Virus record (IMG/VR): IMGVR_UViG_3300050821_003659
Span: 11,962-75,961 of that record
Direction: 5' to 3' (one strand)
DNA: 64,000 nt
Origin: a virus
Shown here piece by piece: positions 36,463 to 46,838 of the stretch (its first letter is position 1; each line of letters begins with the position of its first letter). The position numbers and the translations under genes were made by a program. The notes beneath the pieces are model-generated. The model was not told the DNA's origin, searched no databases, and saw nothing but the letters and a program-made list of their open reading frames with translations.

Positions 36463-37182
36463 CGGCTACCTCGTGCATCCCGACATCTGGATGCTGTGGT
36501 TCTCGTTCGTCGTCTCGGCGTTTGTCTTCTCCTGTTACGTCATCAGGGTCGCACTCGCGACGTACGATCTAATCAAATCGCTCTGGAGGAAATAATGGCA
36601 AAGCAAGTTCAGGTGCACATCACGACGCCAACAACGAACGGCGAGATCAACCGAGTGGACTGGGTTGACGAATCGCTGAAACCGAAACCGGGAATGGTTC
36701 TCCCCATGAAGGGCGACTCACGTGTGTGGACAGTGAAGTACGCGTACACCAACACCGTACAGGACTTGAAGTGAGTTGCGGGGTCACGACTAACGGCGGG
36801 CATCAGGTCGAAGGTGCCCCACTGCACTGCGGGACGCGTCTGTACTGGAAGACGAATCCCGCACGACCACAGGACAGGGAACTCGAAGTCGTCCTGTGTG
36901 GCGAATGTAAGGCGAAGGGGGAACATGAGCAATCCACGGTTACAACGTAAAGCTGAGTGGGATGGAACCTTCAGCCTGTTGCTTGACGGCGAGGTGATCC
37001 GCGAACGGCGACCGCTGGCAGAGATCGAAGAGGCCGAAACGTACGTCGGTGCACTGGTGTCGCTGCCACGGGGGAAGTCGGTGCCCACGACACTTCCACG
37101 CTTCGAATGCCAGTGTGAGGACTGCATGGAGCCGACGCTGCGGGACACGGGCGAGATCGACCCGCCGTCTCTCAGATAGTGC

Positions 37183-37211
37183 TTGACTCGGTCACCTCGC
37201 TTGTGTATCCT
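37183..37211 (+). promoter_or_regulatory. Sigma70-type promoter
   Basis: TTGACT-17-TATCCT. Confidence 0.65.
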
Positions 37212-37230
37212 GTAAATAGAGGGGTGTACC

Positions 37231-37713
37231 ATGAAAAGCCTTTCCAAAGACGAGTTGAAGTCGCTGCTCGAAGTCGCTGGCCCGGACAGACTTCTGTTCA
37301 CGGTGATGTTCAATCACGGGCTGCGGGTGTCTGAGGCTATCGCCCTGAACGACACGAACGTCGTAGACGGACACCTTGTGGTGCAGCGTCTGAAGGGTTC
37401 GGAGAAGACCACCCAGCGTATCCTCGCGGACGAGGCACAACTGCTCACGATGAAGGGCCGCTTCTTCCCGATGTCTCGCTGGACTGTGAACCGCCGTCTG
37501 CAAGAGGCGGGCGTGAAGGCGGGAATCCCCGAGCACAAGCTGCACGCTCACGTGTTGAAGCACACGACGGGGCGACTGGCGTATAAGGGCGGCTGCGGAG
37601 TGGCTGAGATACAGTCGATCCTCGGTCACAAGTGTGGCGGCAACTCGATGATCTACATGCAAGCTGATGAGTCCGAAGCGTACGCGGCGTTTGCTGCGGC
37701 GGTAGGCAAATAG
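37231..37713 (+). CDS. Short tyrosine recombinase (catalytic domain only, FimB-like)
   Basis: HGLRVSE, RLKGS, HAHVLKH, LGH and MIY catalytic residues. Confidence 0.85.
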   Translation: MKSLSKDELKSLLEVAGPDRLLFTVMFNHGLRVSEAIALNDTNVVDGHLVVQRLKGSEKTTQRILADEAQLLTMKGRFFPMSRWTVNRRLQEAGVKAGIPEHKLHAHVLKHTTGRLAYKGGCGVAEIQSILGHKCGGNSMIYMQADESEAYAAFAAAVGK

Positions 37714-37721
37714 GAGGAAAC

Positions 37722-38087
37722 ATGGGATACAATCTGGAGCAGTGCACGGACGAGGGAGACACGATCTCACACGCGTTGGCACGCACGGCGACGGGCACGG
37801 CTTTACTGCTCTCGCCTGAGATGCAGGAGATCGAACGAGAGATCGAGTACATGGAGCAGCGTGCGGAGAACCGCAACCCCGGAGAGAACAAACTTCTAGG
37901 CATGCTGGCTCTGGGCAACGCGTTTCGCTTTGTCGAGAATCTGTTTCGCACCGAGCAGATCGACTGGCTCACATACGCACGTGCGGGGCGAATCCTCTGC
38001 GACAGATACGAGGCTCTGCGGAAAGATGCGTACATCATCGACTTCAGCAAGACGATGAACTCTGCCTTCGGAAAGGAAACCCTGTGA
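37722..38087 (+). CDS. Hypothetical protein
   Basis: AGGAGG RBS. Confidence 0.7.
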   Translation: MGYNLEQCTDEGDTISHALARTATGTALLLSPEMQEIEREIEYMEQRAENRNPGENKLLGMLALGNAFRFVENLFRTEQIDWLTYARAGRILCDRYEALRKDAYIIDFSKTMNSAFGKETL

Positions 38088-38605
38088 AACGACTGCTCAT
38101 GCTGAAGTTGGTTGCTCTGCTGCTGGTTGGCACCGCACACGCTCAGATGGACAAGGTCGCCAAGTTCGCCACAGCAATCGCCCGCACCGAAGGTTTTTTC
38201 GTGAAGGGCACGATACCCAACCGCTATCACAACCCCGGCGACATCCGGGCCGAGAAGCTGCACGTCTACCCCGGACAGGTCGGACTCTCGAAGCGAGGAT
38301 ACGTGATCTTCAAAAATGACGCGTGGGGCTGGGCTGCACTCGAACGTCAAATCCAGAAGGTGATCGACGGCACGTCTACAAAGTACACGCAGGACATGAC
38401 GATGCTCCAGATCGCGAAAGTTTACGCGGCGAGTCCGCAGTGGCCCAAGACGCTCTGCAAAATCCTGCGGATCAGTCCTCGGCTCACGTTCCAAGAGTAC
38501 TTCGATCTTGCACCACGAGTGAACGTCACGGAGTTGCGTTATGATATCTTGCGGACACTTGCCGGAACATCTCTGCCCGAGATGCCAACGTTGCAGGGCA
38601 TGTAG
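38084..38605 (+). CDS. Secreted lysozyme-like protein
   Basis: Signal peptide; AIARTEG...RYHNPGDIR...YVIF...GWAAL. Confidence 0.55.
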   Translation: MKRLLMLKLVALLLVGTAHAQMDKVAKFATAIARTEGFFVKGTIPNRYHNPGDIRAEKLHVYPGQVGLSKRGYVIFKNDAWGWAALERQIQKVIDGTSTKYTQDMTMLQIAKVYAASPQWPKTLCKILRISPRLTFQEYFDLAPRVNVTELRYDILRTLAGTSLPEMPTLQGM

Positions 38606-38685
38606 TCACACGTACGTCGAACGGGCTGATGGCTGGTGGATCAAGTGCCCGACAGGACGCTGGCACAAACCAACGTGGAGGGAAG

Positions 38686-39489
38686 ATGGCTACAACACGC
38701 GAGTTAATCCAGTCGGTAGCGAAGTCGCCGCTGATGCAAAAGATGAACACGGATCACCTCATCCATCTTTTTGAGGGCGGGTCTGCACTGCACGGTGCAC
38801 GGCTGGCTACGAAGTCAGACCTTGACATCTGCGGCGTGTTCATCGAGCCGAAGGCGAACGTCTTCGGACTCACGCCTTTCGAGCACATGGTGACGAGCAC
38901 GAGCGATCAGACCGAGCGGAACACGAGCGATGACACAGACATCTGCCTCTACGGTCTGAAACGCTGGGCCGAGCTAGCCTGTAAGGGCAACCCGACAGCG
39001 ATCAGCTACCTGTTCGCAGAGAACTGTGCACCGACGAACTGGCTCTGGGGCTACGCCGTCCTCGGTCGCATGAAGGAAGCGATCATCAGCAAGAAGGCCG
39101 CGTTGCACTTCCTCGGCTTTGTCGATGGACAGATGAAACGGCTGCTGGGCCAGAAGGGTCAGGGCAAGCACGGGCAGCGTCCCGAGCTAATCGAGAACTT
39201 CGGATACGACACGAAGGCCGCGATGCACGCGATGCGGCTGTGTGGCGAAGGTCTGGAGTTGATGCGTGAGGGTTTCATCCGATATCCACGCCCCAATGCG
39301 AAAGACTTAATCCGAATCCGCGAGGGAGGATGGTCGCTTGACATTGTGAATCGCGAGGTGTCACGCGGGCTGTACGAACTCGAAGATGCGATGGAAAAAT
39401 CTTCCTTGCGTTCGAAGCCCGACTACGATATCGTGAACGAGGAGTTGGTGAATGCCTACGAAGAGTTTTACTACCACCGAGAAAACTGA
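38686..39489 (+). CDS. Pol-beta superfamily nucleotidyltransferase
   Basis: GSALHG...SDLDICGVFI, KGNP and GYDTKAAMHAMRL motifs. Confidence 0.85.
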   Translation: MATTRELIQSVAKSPLMQKMNTDHLIHLFEGGSALHGARLATKSDLDICGVFIEPKANVFGLTPFEHMVTSTSDQTERNTSDDTDICLYGLKRWAELACKGNPTAISYLFAENCAPTNWLWGYAVLGRMKEAIISKKAALHFLGFVDGQMKRLLGQKGQGKHGQRPELIENFGYDTKAAMHAMRLCGEGLELMREGFIRYPRPNAKDLIRIREGGWSLDIVNREVSRGLYELEDAMEKSSLRSKPDYDIVNEELVNAYEEFYYHREN

Positions 39490-39633
39490 GTTGCCGAAGG
39501 GCTTCACCTGTGAGTGTGGGACGTTCAACCGCTTTCCCCCTTACGTATATGCCCACTGGGACATCATTCTGGTGTTCACGTGCGAGTGCAAACGCAAATA
39601 TATCATCAGGCGAGGAATCGCTTTGGAGGACAA

Positions 39634-39861
39634 ATGAAAAACGTAATCAGTCTCATGCAGTTGAAGGCCAATCTTCAGAGCGAAGAAGACAAGCGTCAGG
39701 CTCTGATCGACCAAGGACGCCGAGCGTATAAACTCGGCATCGAAGAAGTGAACTGTCCGCTCAAGGAACTGAGCGAACGCAAACTGTGGAGCCTCGGCTG
39801 GACAAAAGCCCGGAACGAGTTCCTCGAACTCTTGCGGCGGAACGGAGGCAACATGAGATAA
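39634..39861 (+). CDS. Hypothetical protein
   Basis: GGAGGA RBS; GRRAY...CP...W..GW, an RMF-like pattern. Confidence 0.6.
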   Translation: MKNVISLMQLKANLQSEEDKRQALIDQGRRAYKLGIEEVNCPLKELSERKLWSLGWTKARNEFLELLRRNGGNMR

Positions 39862-39899
39862 CAACCAAATCAACACCTAAGACTGATAATAAGCACCAC

Positions 39900-40270
39900 C
39901 TATAGAACTTACAGAGGCAAGGCCCACCGACTGTGCGTGGGTGTTCTGAGGCACGAACGAGTAGCACCGTCTAGTCCACGCGTGCGATGCGGTCGTGATA
40001 GGAGCGAACAGCACAGAGGGTCAAAGCCGCCGAGACAGTAGCGAAGGGCTGGCTGTAGGGTGCCGCACGGGGAGGAATCCCATCCGAAAGGTAAACGTGA
40101 GACATCGTCTGACACCGAGGAGTGCGGATCGGGGAGCAAACGCCCGTGCCGTAAAAGAGAGAACCGAGTATACAGCACGGTGGGGATCGACTCCCGCTGC
40201 GTGCGACAGCCTCTCATCACTTCGTTGACGATGCCAAATGCTGATGCGTCCTACCCTACCGGAACAAAAA
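39900..40270 (+). ncRNA. Candidate large structured RNA
   Basis: GNRA hairpins, a T-loop, several AGTA/GAA pairs and long-range helices; no credible ORF. Confidence 0.5.
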
Positions 40271-40302
40271 CAAAGTGGGGAGAAAAACATGGAGAGAATA
40301 TC

Positions 40303-40695
40303 ATGACTACCAAAAGTTCACGACGCAACATCGTTCGCGATGTCGATGGCGACCGCTATCTGCTCACCTCACGTCGCATCGTCCAGATGGACAGTGCGGA
40401 CGCGAAGGAAGGCACACCGTGGTACGCGTACAATGCCGAGATCAAACGCGTCACGGCTGACGGCATCGAAGGCTTCAACCTCATCAACGTCTCGTCTCGT
40501 GTGAGCACTGACAGCAATGCGACCATACGTGTGCAGGTTCGTTTCGGCAAGACATCCGACGAAGCGAAGGGCCTTCATATCGGGACGTATCAGATCGGCT
40601 GCGGTCACTTCACCCGCAAGACGTTTCTGCGTATCCTCAAGAACGCTGGTGTGCAGACCACCAAGAAAGCGTTCGCAGCAGTGGCGGGCTTATGA
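40303..40695 (+). CDS. Hypothetical protein, tail KKAFAAVAGL
   Basis: GGAG RBS. Confidence 0.7.
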   Translation: MTTKSSRRNIVRDVDGDRYLLTSRRIVQMDSADAKEGTPWYAYNAEIKRVTADGIEGFNLINVSSRVSTDSNATIRVQVRFGKTSDEAKGLHIGTYQIGCGHFTRKTFLRILKNAGVQTTKKAFAAVAGL

Positions 40696-40976
40696 AGACC
40701 CTAGCCCAAGAGTACGCCGAGTACTCGCGGCAGCAAGCAGGTGACGGTTCTGTGAGTCCGACAGTCGATACTGGTTTTCGAATGCCGCCCACTGAACCCT
40801 TCACCTACACGCCGCGACCGAATCCCCCGACCAAGGAACTCTGGGACATCGACACCGTCCACGAGGACGACATCACCTCGAAAGAGTCCACCGGAATCCG
40901 GGGTATCAACTTCATCACCATCGACGTTGCGAAGGCACGAGCACGAAAGAACCAGTTGACACCTGTGCTACAATAG
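40692..40976 (+). CDS. Hypothetical protein
   Basis: ATGA overlap. Confidence 0.55.
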   Translation: MKTLAQEYAEYSRQQAGDGSVSPTVDTGFRMPPTEPFTYTPRPNPPTKELWDIDTVHEDDITSKESTGIRGINFITIDVAKARARKNQLTPVLQ

Positions 40977-40989
40977 TTCAGGAGGAAAC

Positions 40990-41304
40990 ATGGCTCGTTT
41001 ATCGAAGCGTACGAAACCTGAACCCGTCCCCCAGACTGATGCGGTCGTCGGTCGCGATCTGATCGAACACTACCGCAAGCAGAGCGAAGAACAGGCGGAC
41101 AAGCTGACCGAGGGTGAAGCCTGCCAGTACTGGGATGACGGCTGGCGTTACGGGCACATCGAGAAGTTGCCCGATGCAGATGAACCGAAGTACGGACAGG
41201 TGAGGATCGTGCATCAGGTCACAGGCCGCGTCTGGGTTCCAGCACGTGATGTGAAGCCGATGAACCAAGAGTGGGAGCAGTACTTTGCGTGGAGGCGGGA
41301 ATGA
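40990..41304 (+). CDS. Hypothetical SH3-like protein
   Basis: AGGAGG RBS. Confidence 0.7.
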   Translation: MARLSKRTKPEPVPQTDAVVGRDLIEHYRKQSEEQADKLTEGEACQYWDDGWRYGHIEKLPDADEPKYGQVRIVHQVTGRVWVPARDVKPMNQEWEQYFAWRRE

Positions 41305-42377
41305 GTCTGGTCATAAAGCGTTACCCTGATCTTTCGCCGCCCGTGCTCTTTTATTCTGGCACGGAATCGTTGCGGTTCAGTGAGGCTCACTGGCTCTGGC
41401 TCCGCGAGACGACGACAGGTCTGGTGCCGTTGGACGGTGTCACGACCGTTTTGAAAGCAACACACAACGCAGCCGAGCCGCTCATCAACTGGGCACTGCG
41501 TCAGGGCTTCGACAAGTTCAAGGCGATGTTGTCGAAACACATGGGGCCGAATCATGCGTACGAACTCTGGGAAACGGAACTCGACAGTCTCATCGTTGAG
41601 GCAAAGAAAGCTGCAAAGGAAAAACTCAATGACGCTGGTGATGTTGGAACGCAAGCCCACCGCCACCTTGAAAAAGTTGCCAAGGCGACTCTTGGCTCTG
41701 ATACACGAAGACTTGCTGAGCTAATCGCCCTGATGCCGGAAGACCCGCGTGCCGAGTCCTGCGTCATCGCGGCGATCCTCTGGTGCGTCGAGCACGACAT
41801 CGAGTGGATATACTCAGAACGGCCCGTGTACCATATAGACCACGGGTACTGCGGCACGCTGGATAACGTCGCGTGGGCGTCAAGCTGCAAGAACCCGCTC
41901 TGTTGCCCCACACCGTTCACACGGCGTCGGGTGCAGGTCGATTACAAGAGTTCGAATGCCCTGAGGGTAGAATATTGCCTTCAAACAGCGGCGTACACCG
42001 CTGCTCTCGAACGCGAGAAACCGGACGAGGTGATCGATGACAGGTTCATCCTCCGACTCGATAAAGAGACGGCGGCGTTCGAACCGTGGCACCTTGAGGG
42101 CCGAGATTTGCAGAAGCAAGACTTCGCGGCCTACCTCGATGCCCTAGCCTGTTTTCGGTCTGGGCGTGCGGTCGAGGCCCGGATGAACACTATCCGCGAG
42201 GTTCGGCGGGCGGCTGAGAGGGAGATCAAGAAGGCGGCGAAGGAAGCTGCCCACCGCAAGGAATGCCCGAAGGCGGCTGACTACAAGGGTTCCCGGCTCA
42301 CGAAGTGCTTCGAGGACGGGACGCAGTGCGAGGCGTGCCGTGCAAAATATATTGCGAATCACCCAGAAAACAGTTGA
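41301..42377 (+). CDS. PD-(D/E)XK exonuclease
   Basis: GVTTVL, GTQAH, SERPVY, YCGTLD, VDYKSS and LQTAAY motifs. Confidence 0.85.
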   Translation: MSLVIKRYPDLSPPVLFYSGTESLRFSEAHWLWLRETTTGLVPLDGVTTVLKATHNAAEPLINWALRQGFDKFKAMLSKHMGPNHAYELWETELDSLIVEAKKAAKEKLNDAGDVGTQAHRHLEKVAKATLGSDTRRLAELIALMPEDPRAESCVIAAILWCVEHDIEWIYSERPVYHIDHGYCGTLDNVAWASSCKNPLCCPTPFTRRRVQVDYKSSNALRVEYCLQTAAYTAALEREKPDEVIDDRFILRLDKETAAFEPWHLEGRDLQKQDFAAYLDALACFRSGRAVEARMNTIREVRRAAEREIKKAAKEAAHRKECPKAADYKGSRLTKCFEDGTQCEACRAKYIANHPENS

Positions 42378-42402
42378 CACGGTACACCAGTTCTGTCACT
42401 AT
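42374..42402 (+). promoter_or_regulatory. Sigma70-type promoter
   Basis: TTGACA-17-CACTAT. Confidence 0.7.
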
Positions 42403-42418
42403 GAATGTAGGGGGGAAC

Positions 42419-43042
42419 ATGCAAAAATTATATCGCGGTGAACTGGTCGAGGTGATCGAGGAGAGTGGTTCCCTCGTTCGAGTGCGGTACGCCAATGGCG
42501 ACGAAAGCAACTGGTTCCCGGCTACCCTGCTGAAAGAACCGAAGCCTGTGAAGCTGCGAATCTCCCGAGACGCCGACTACGAAGCCGCCGTCACCGAAGG
42601 TCTGACGCACTTCTACACCGTTGACACGTTCGACCGAGACGAACCGAAGCTGAACATCCCCGAGTACAACTGGCTGAAGGTTGAACTTCAGTCTCGCGGA
42701 TACGTCATCACCGTTTACTCCGCAACGAAAGACGCACAGAAGACGGCTGAGACGCTGGCGACTCTGGCGGGTGTCACTGCGGAGCAAGCGTTGCCGTTTA
42801 TCACCGTGCGAGATCGCAAGGGTGGGCCGAAGTGGAACGTTGACTTCGCAAACTTTCCAGCGTTGAACACCTCCGTGCGTGACCTGCTCGAAGTGAACTT
42901 CGGGCACATGCGTGCGAAGGGACGCAAACCGAACATCCGTAAAATCCGCATCGGCTCAACGAAGCTGGTGCAAAAACTTATCAGCGAGGGCTTCACCGTC
43001 ACGAAGCGGTCGGAAGAGACTTCGCAACTGGAGGGGAAATGA
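42419..43042 (+). CDS. Hypothetical protein
   Basis: ORF after the promoter; SH3-like N-terminus. Confidence 0.7.
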   Translation: MQKLYRGELVEVIEESGSLVRVRYANGDESNWFPATLLKEPKPVKLRISRDADYEAAVTEGLTHFYTVDTFDRDEPKLNIPEYNWLKVELQSRGYVITVYSATKDAQKTAETLATLAGVTAEQALPFITVRDRKGGPKWNVDFANFPALNTSVRDLLEVNFGHMRAKGRKPNIRKIRIGSTKLVQKLISEGFTVTKRSEETSQLEGK

Positions 43043-43794
43043 CTTTCACCAAAGGACAGATCGTGTATCACCCCACGCTGGGTAAAGGCGTCGTCGGTTT
43101 AGTGGATGAGAAGGTTCGCGTCAAGTGGGCGGGGCAGAAGTTCGAGAACTGCTATCTTCCCTCAGCGAACGTTCTGTCTGAGTTGATCGACAAACCTGTC
43201 AAGGCTGGCAAGCCCCCTGTGCTTCCGCCTGATCTAACACAGATCAAAATCGCGGGCGACGACTCTGGGTTTCAGTTTCCTGACGAGCAGAAACTTCTGG
43301 CACTCATCGAAACGAAGCGGGTGCCACGCACCACAGCGTATGAAGAGACGAGCCGTCTCGCGTATCTACTGCGACCGGACTCTCTCAAACTCGCAGACTC
43401 TGCTAAGGCTGCGGAGGAAGACGCACACACAGTTGTGTTCGAAGCGATACAGCAGGTCGGCGGTGTCTTCACGACGGTGCCCGCACAGACTGCGGTCGCC
43501 GCTGACGGACAGAAGACTGAAGTCGGTGAACTGTACCTGAACGTCTTCGCTGAGAAGAAGATCGTGGTCTGGCTGCGTACGTCGCAACCGAACGCGTCTC
43601 AGTCCAAGTTTTATACGTTCGTCCGTGATGAGGTGCTGCCTGTGCAGTTTCCGGGCTACACCGTGTACGTCACGACTCACGGGGATGTGCCGTCAAAGAA
43701 TCCCTCTGTCAACGTCCGAGCACGCGACATGTGGACGGCAGTCACGGGGCATGTCGGAGCGTATGCTCGACTCGAATCTCTGTTCACTTACTAG
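43039..43794 (+). CDS. Hypothetical protein
   Basis: GGAGG RBS; FTKGQIVYHPTLGKGVV SH3/Tudor-like N-terminus. Confidence 0.75.
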   Translation: MTFTKGQIVYHPTLGKGVVGLVDEKVRVKWAGQKFENCYLPSANVLSELIDKPVKAGKPPVLPPDLTQIKIAGDDSGFQFPDEQKLLALIETKRVPRTTAYEETSRLAYLLRPDSLKLADSAKAAEEDAHTVVFEAIQQVGGVFTTVPAQTAVAADGQKTEVGELYLNVFAEKKIVVWLRTSQPNASQSKFYTFVRDEVLPVQFPGYTVYVTTHGDVPSKNPSVNVRARDMWTAVTGHVGAYARLESLFTY

Positions 43795-43984
43795 GAGGCA
43801 TCATGCTGAATCGTTTCTACTGGATCGGACTCAAGTCGCAGCCGTCGAGTTTTTCCTCTCGTCGCAACCGCTCTGGTCAACTGACCGAGCACATCGAAGC
43901 CATCCGCGAGAATCTTCTGCGTGCCGCTGAGGTACTCGCCCACATCGGAGAGCAGCCCGCTCAACTGCTGCTCACTGAGGGAAA

Positions 43985-45175
43985 ATGAACTTCTATACCT
44001 ACATCGGACTGACGCCCACGGAGTTTCAGGAGCAGTACATCGATGCAGGGTACGTGTCGATGCAGAAGCATCACGAGTTTCCGCTGGCGATCTTTGCCTA
44101 CGCACGCGACACCGTGAAAGAGCAGAAGTGGGATCACGTCACCTCGCGTTGCCGTGGCATCGTCATCAACACAGAGACAGGTGAGATCGTCTCTCGCCCG
44201 TTCGAGAAGTTTCACAACTACGGCAGCGAACTCGGCTGCATGGACACTCTGGGTGAGATGTTGAACGGTCACGAGCCGACCATCTGGGAAAAGATGGACG
44301 GGTTCATGTGTACTCTGTATACGTGGCAAGGCGTTGACTACATCGCGTCGAAGGGATCGTTTCACTCGATCCACGCGAAGTGGGCGACCGCGTGGCTACG
44401 GAAAAAGTTTAGCACCTCTCTTGGCATCCCTGCGGGCCACACCGCTGTGTTCGAAGGGCTGCACCGCGATCTGCGGATCGTCGTTGACTACGGGCTGCGT
44501 CAAGAACTTGTTCTTCTCGCGATCATCAACAACGAGACAGGAGAAGAGTTTTCGCCCGGAGCACTGTTCGCGTTCGCGGACAGCAAGGGCCTGTCAACTC
44601 CGAAGCCGTACAACATCGGACTAGACGCCGCCGTTCGAATCACAATGGCGACTGGCGTCTTCGAAGACGGAGGAGACGAGGGCTTTGTGCTCACGTGGTA
44701 TCAGAAGGGCCAACCGCCCTTCCGCTTGAAGTTGAAGTACATCGAGTACCTGCGACTGCACCGGATGGTCACGGGCGTGTCTCCCAAACGCATCTGGGAA
44801 GTTTTGGCGAACAACCAATCGTCAGAGTTGGACGAATACCTCAAGCAATCGACTCCGTGGTTCAGTGCCTTCGTCAACAAATGGCTGAAGGCCCTGACAC
44901 TGGAGTTCAAACGAATCGAGAAGGAAGTGGAGACACGCTACGCGTTCTCAGGCGTGAACCCGAATGACTTCCTGCAACCAAACAACACCGTCCCTGTGGA
45001 CTTCGCTGGGCTGCGGAAAGCCTATGCCCTGAAGTTCACGACCGAAGAGAACAAGCCGTACTCGGCGGGGCTGTTCGCACTGCTGGATGGCAAGGACATC
45101 AAGCCTGTCATCTGGAAGATGGTCAAGCACATGACTGCCGGGGCGAACCCGATGGTCGATGCACACAACACATAG
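43985..45175 (+). CDS. RNA ligase, T4 Rnl1-like
   Basis: CRGIV, RPFEKFHN, EKMDG (motif I), SKGSF, EGFVL and KLK motifs. Confidence 0.9.
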   Translation: MNFYTYIGLTPTEFQEQYIDAGYVSMQKHHEFPLAIFAYARDTVKEQKWDHVTSRCRGIVINTETGEIVSRPFEKFHNYGSELGCMDTLGEMLNGHEPTIWEKMDGFMCTLYTWQGVDYIASKGSFHSIHAKWATAWLRKKFSTSLGIPAGHTAVFEGLHRDLRIVVDYGLRQELVLLAIINNETGEEFSPGALFAFADSKGLSTPKPYNIGLDAAVRITMATGVFEDGGDEGFVLTWYQKGQPPFRLKLKYIEYLRLHRMVTGVSPKRIWEVLANNQSSELDEYLKQSTPWFSAFVNKWLKALTLEFKRIEKEVETRYAFSGVNPNDFLQPNNTVPVDFAGLRKAYALKFTTEENKPYSAGLFALLDGKDIKPVIWKMVKHMTAGANPMVDAHNT

Positions 45176-45183
45176 GAGGAAAC

Positions 45184-45525
45184 ATGGCAACAAAAATCCG
45201 TAAGTTCAAGGTCGTGAAGCCGACCCTCAAGGCTGTACAGGCACAGTTTGCCGCGTACAAGGTGAACGCTCTGGCTCTCATCAACAAGTTCCGCTATGCC
45301 GGGGCTGAGACGTTCTTCTCGGTGAAGGGATACGAGAAGGTCGAAGGCAAGCTGAAGCCGAACGTCATCAACGTGCCCGAGCTACTCGCCATCGTTGGCA
45401 CAGCGAAGCGTCTGGGCAAGCTGGTTGTCCTCACGACTTCCGGCGTGGAAGACGGTGGACAGGTGAACGTCCTGCTGCAAGACGATCCGTCTCGCGTCGT
45501 GATCCCATCTGAACTGACGTACTAG
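45184..45525 (+). CDS. Hypothetical protein
   Basis: AGGAGG RBS. Confidence 0.7.
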   Translation: MATKIRKFKVVKPTLKAVQAQFAAYKVNALALINKFRYAGAETFFSVKGYEKVEGKLKPNVINVPELLAIVGTAKRLGKLVVLTTSGVEDGGQVNVLLQDDPSRVVIPSELTY

Positions 45526-45533
45526 GAGGAAGC

Positions 45534-46025
45534 ATGCGTAAGGACACACTCGCTGCGGGGGCACGCTCCGCAAAGTTTGCTGGCGGCGTCGGAGAGAACG
45601 ACATCGACCGGAACATCATGAGCGACGAGGATCGTGCGGCACTCGAAGCTGAGACGGCTGCGGTCGTCGTAGAGAAGACGGCGGCACCGAAGAAAGTGTT
45701 CCGTCCTCTCGGCACGACTCTGCTCATTCGCCGCATCTCTGAGGAAGAGTTGTCGAGCGTCCTCATCACCGAGACTATCGAGAAAGAGAAGCCCGCAGAG
45801 GGCACCGTTCTCGCAGTCGGCAAGAAAGTTGTTGACACGGTCGTCGGTGATCGCGTAGTGTTTGGCAAGTACAGCGGCACCGAGTTCAAGCTGAACGGCG
45901 AAACGCTGCTCATCATGGACGAGGCAGATATCAAGGGCTTCATCGAAGACGAGAACCTTCCGGCGTCGAGCGTAAACTTTTCAAGCACGTACGAAGTCGG
46001 CGGCTGCATCGTCGCCCGAGCGTAA
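45534..46025 (+). CDS. groES: Co-chaperonin GroES with terminal extensions
   Basis: FRPLG...KEKPAEGTVLAVG...VGDRVVFGKYSGTEFKLNGE. Confidence 0.9.
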   Translation: MRKDTLAAGARSAKFAGGVGENDIDRNIMSDEDRAALEAETAAVVVEKTAAPKKVFRPLGTTLLIRRISEEELSSVLITETIEKEKPAEGTVLAVGKKVVDTVVGDRVVFGKYSGTEFKLNGETLLIMDEADIKGFIEDENLPASSVNFSSTYEVGGCIVARA

Positions 46026-46031
46026 CCCGGA

Positions 46032-46110
46032 GGGCACGTAGGGGAGTCTGGTCGTCCCTGCCACCTTGTCACGGTGGAGATCATGGGTTCGAATCCCATC
46101 GTGCCCGCCA
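46032..46110 (+). tRNA. tRNA-Asp(GUC)
   Basis: Cloverleaf; CCACC-TTGTCAC-GGTGG; GCCA end. Confidence 0.9.
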
Positions 46111-46121
46111 TAGGAGAAAAC

Positions 46122-46838
46122 ATGGAACCGAATATCCCAGCGGTCGTCGGAGAAGTCGAAGCTGGGCGTGCCGCGAAGGTACGCCGCGAGATCAACAAAC
46201 TCATCAAGGGTGTGAACACCAGCAACTTCGATCTGATGGACTTGCTGTTCGAGGCGAAGACCAATCACTACTACTCGCCTGAGTACGAATCTTTCAGCAA
46301 GTACGCGAAGTCTCTTGACATCAAGTACACCAAGAGCTACTATCTCGTGAAGATCAGGGCACTGATGCAGGGTGTCGGTCTTGAGCGGGCAGCGTACGAG
46401 CCTGTCGGAATGGGCAAGCTGCGTGTCATCTCGAAGCTGAACCTCGAAGGCGAGTTCAAGGGTGTTCCGATGCCCCTCGTCATCAAGGAACTGACCGAGA
46501 AGGCACTGCACATGTCTCTCGAAGATGTCACGTTCGAAGTCGATACGATCCTCGGACTCACAGAAGACGAGTCGATGGTCTGGCTGAACGTGCACCTGAA
46601 AAAGCTGGCCCGCGACAACGCGGTGAAGCCCGCTCTGGCTCTGGCGAAGAAGCACATGCCCGAATCACAGACAAAGGACGACGATGGAAACTTTGTCGAT
46701 CCCGGCGACGGTGCCGCACTCGAAATGATCTGTGCGAACTTCCTCGCTGATCCAAACTACAACCCGACCGACGAACAGGTCGCCAACGAACAGCCCGCTG
46801 AACTTGAACCCGAAGACGAACAAATCCAAGACGCATAG
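46122..46838 (+). CDS. Hypothetical protein
   Basis: AGGAG RBS; ALEMICANFLA motif. Confidence 0.75.
   Translation: MEPNIPAVVGEVEAGRAAKVRREINKLIKGVNTSNFDLMDLLFEAKTNHYYSPEYESFSKYAKSLDIKYTKSYYLVKIRALMQGVGLERAAYEPVGMGKLRVISKLNLEGEFKGVPMPLVIKELTEKALHMSLEDVTFEVDTILGLTEDESMVWLNVHLKKLARDNAVKPALALAKKHMPESQTKDDDGNFVDPGDGAALEMICANFLADPNYNPTDEQVANEQPAELEPEDEQIQDA

Noticed and set aside
37231-37713. Integrase indicating a prophage boundary
   Set aside because: It lacks arm- and core-binding domains, and no att site or host genes flank it; the whole window looks phage-derived.
41301-42377. Cas4-like nuclease implying CRISPR
   Set aside because: No repeat-spacer array or other cas genes were seen; a generic phage PD-(D/E)XK exonuclease explains it.
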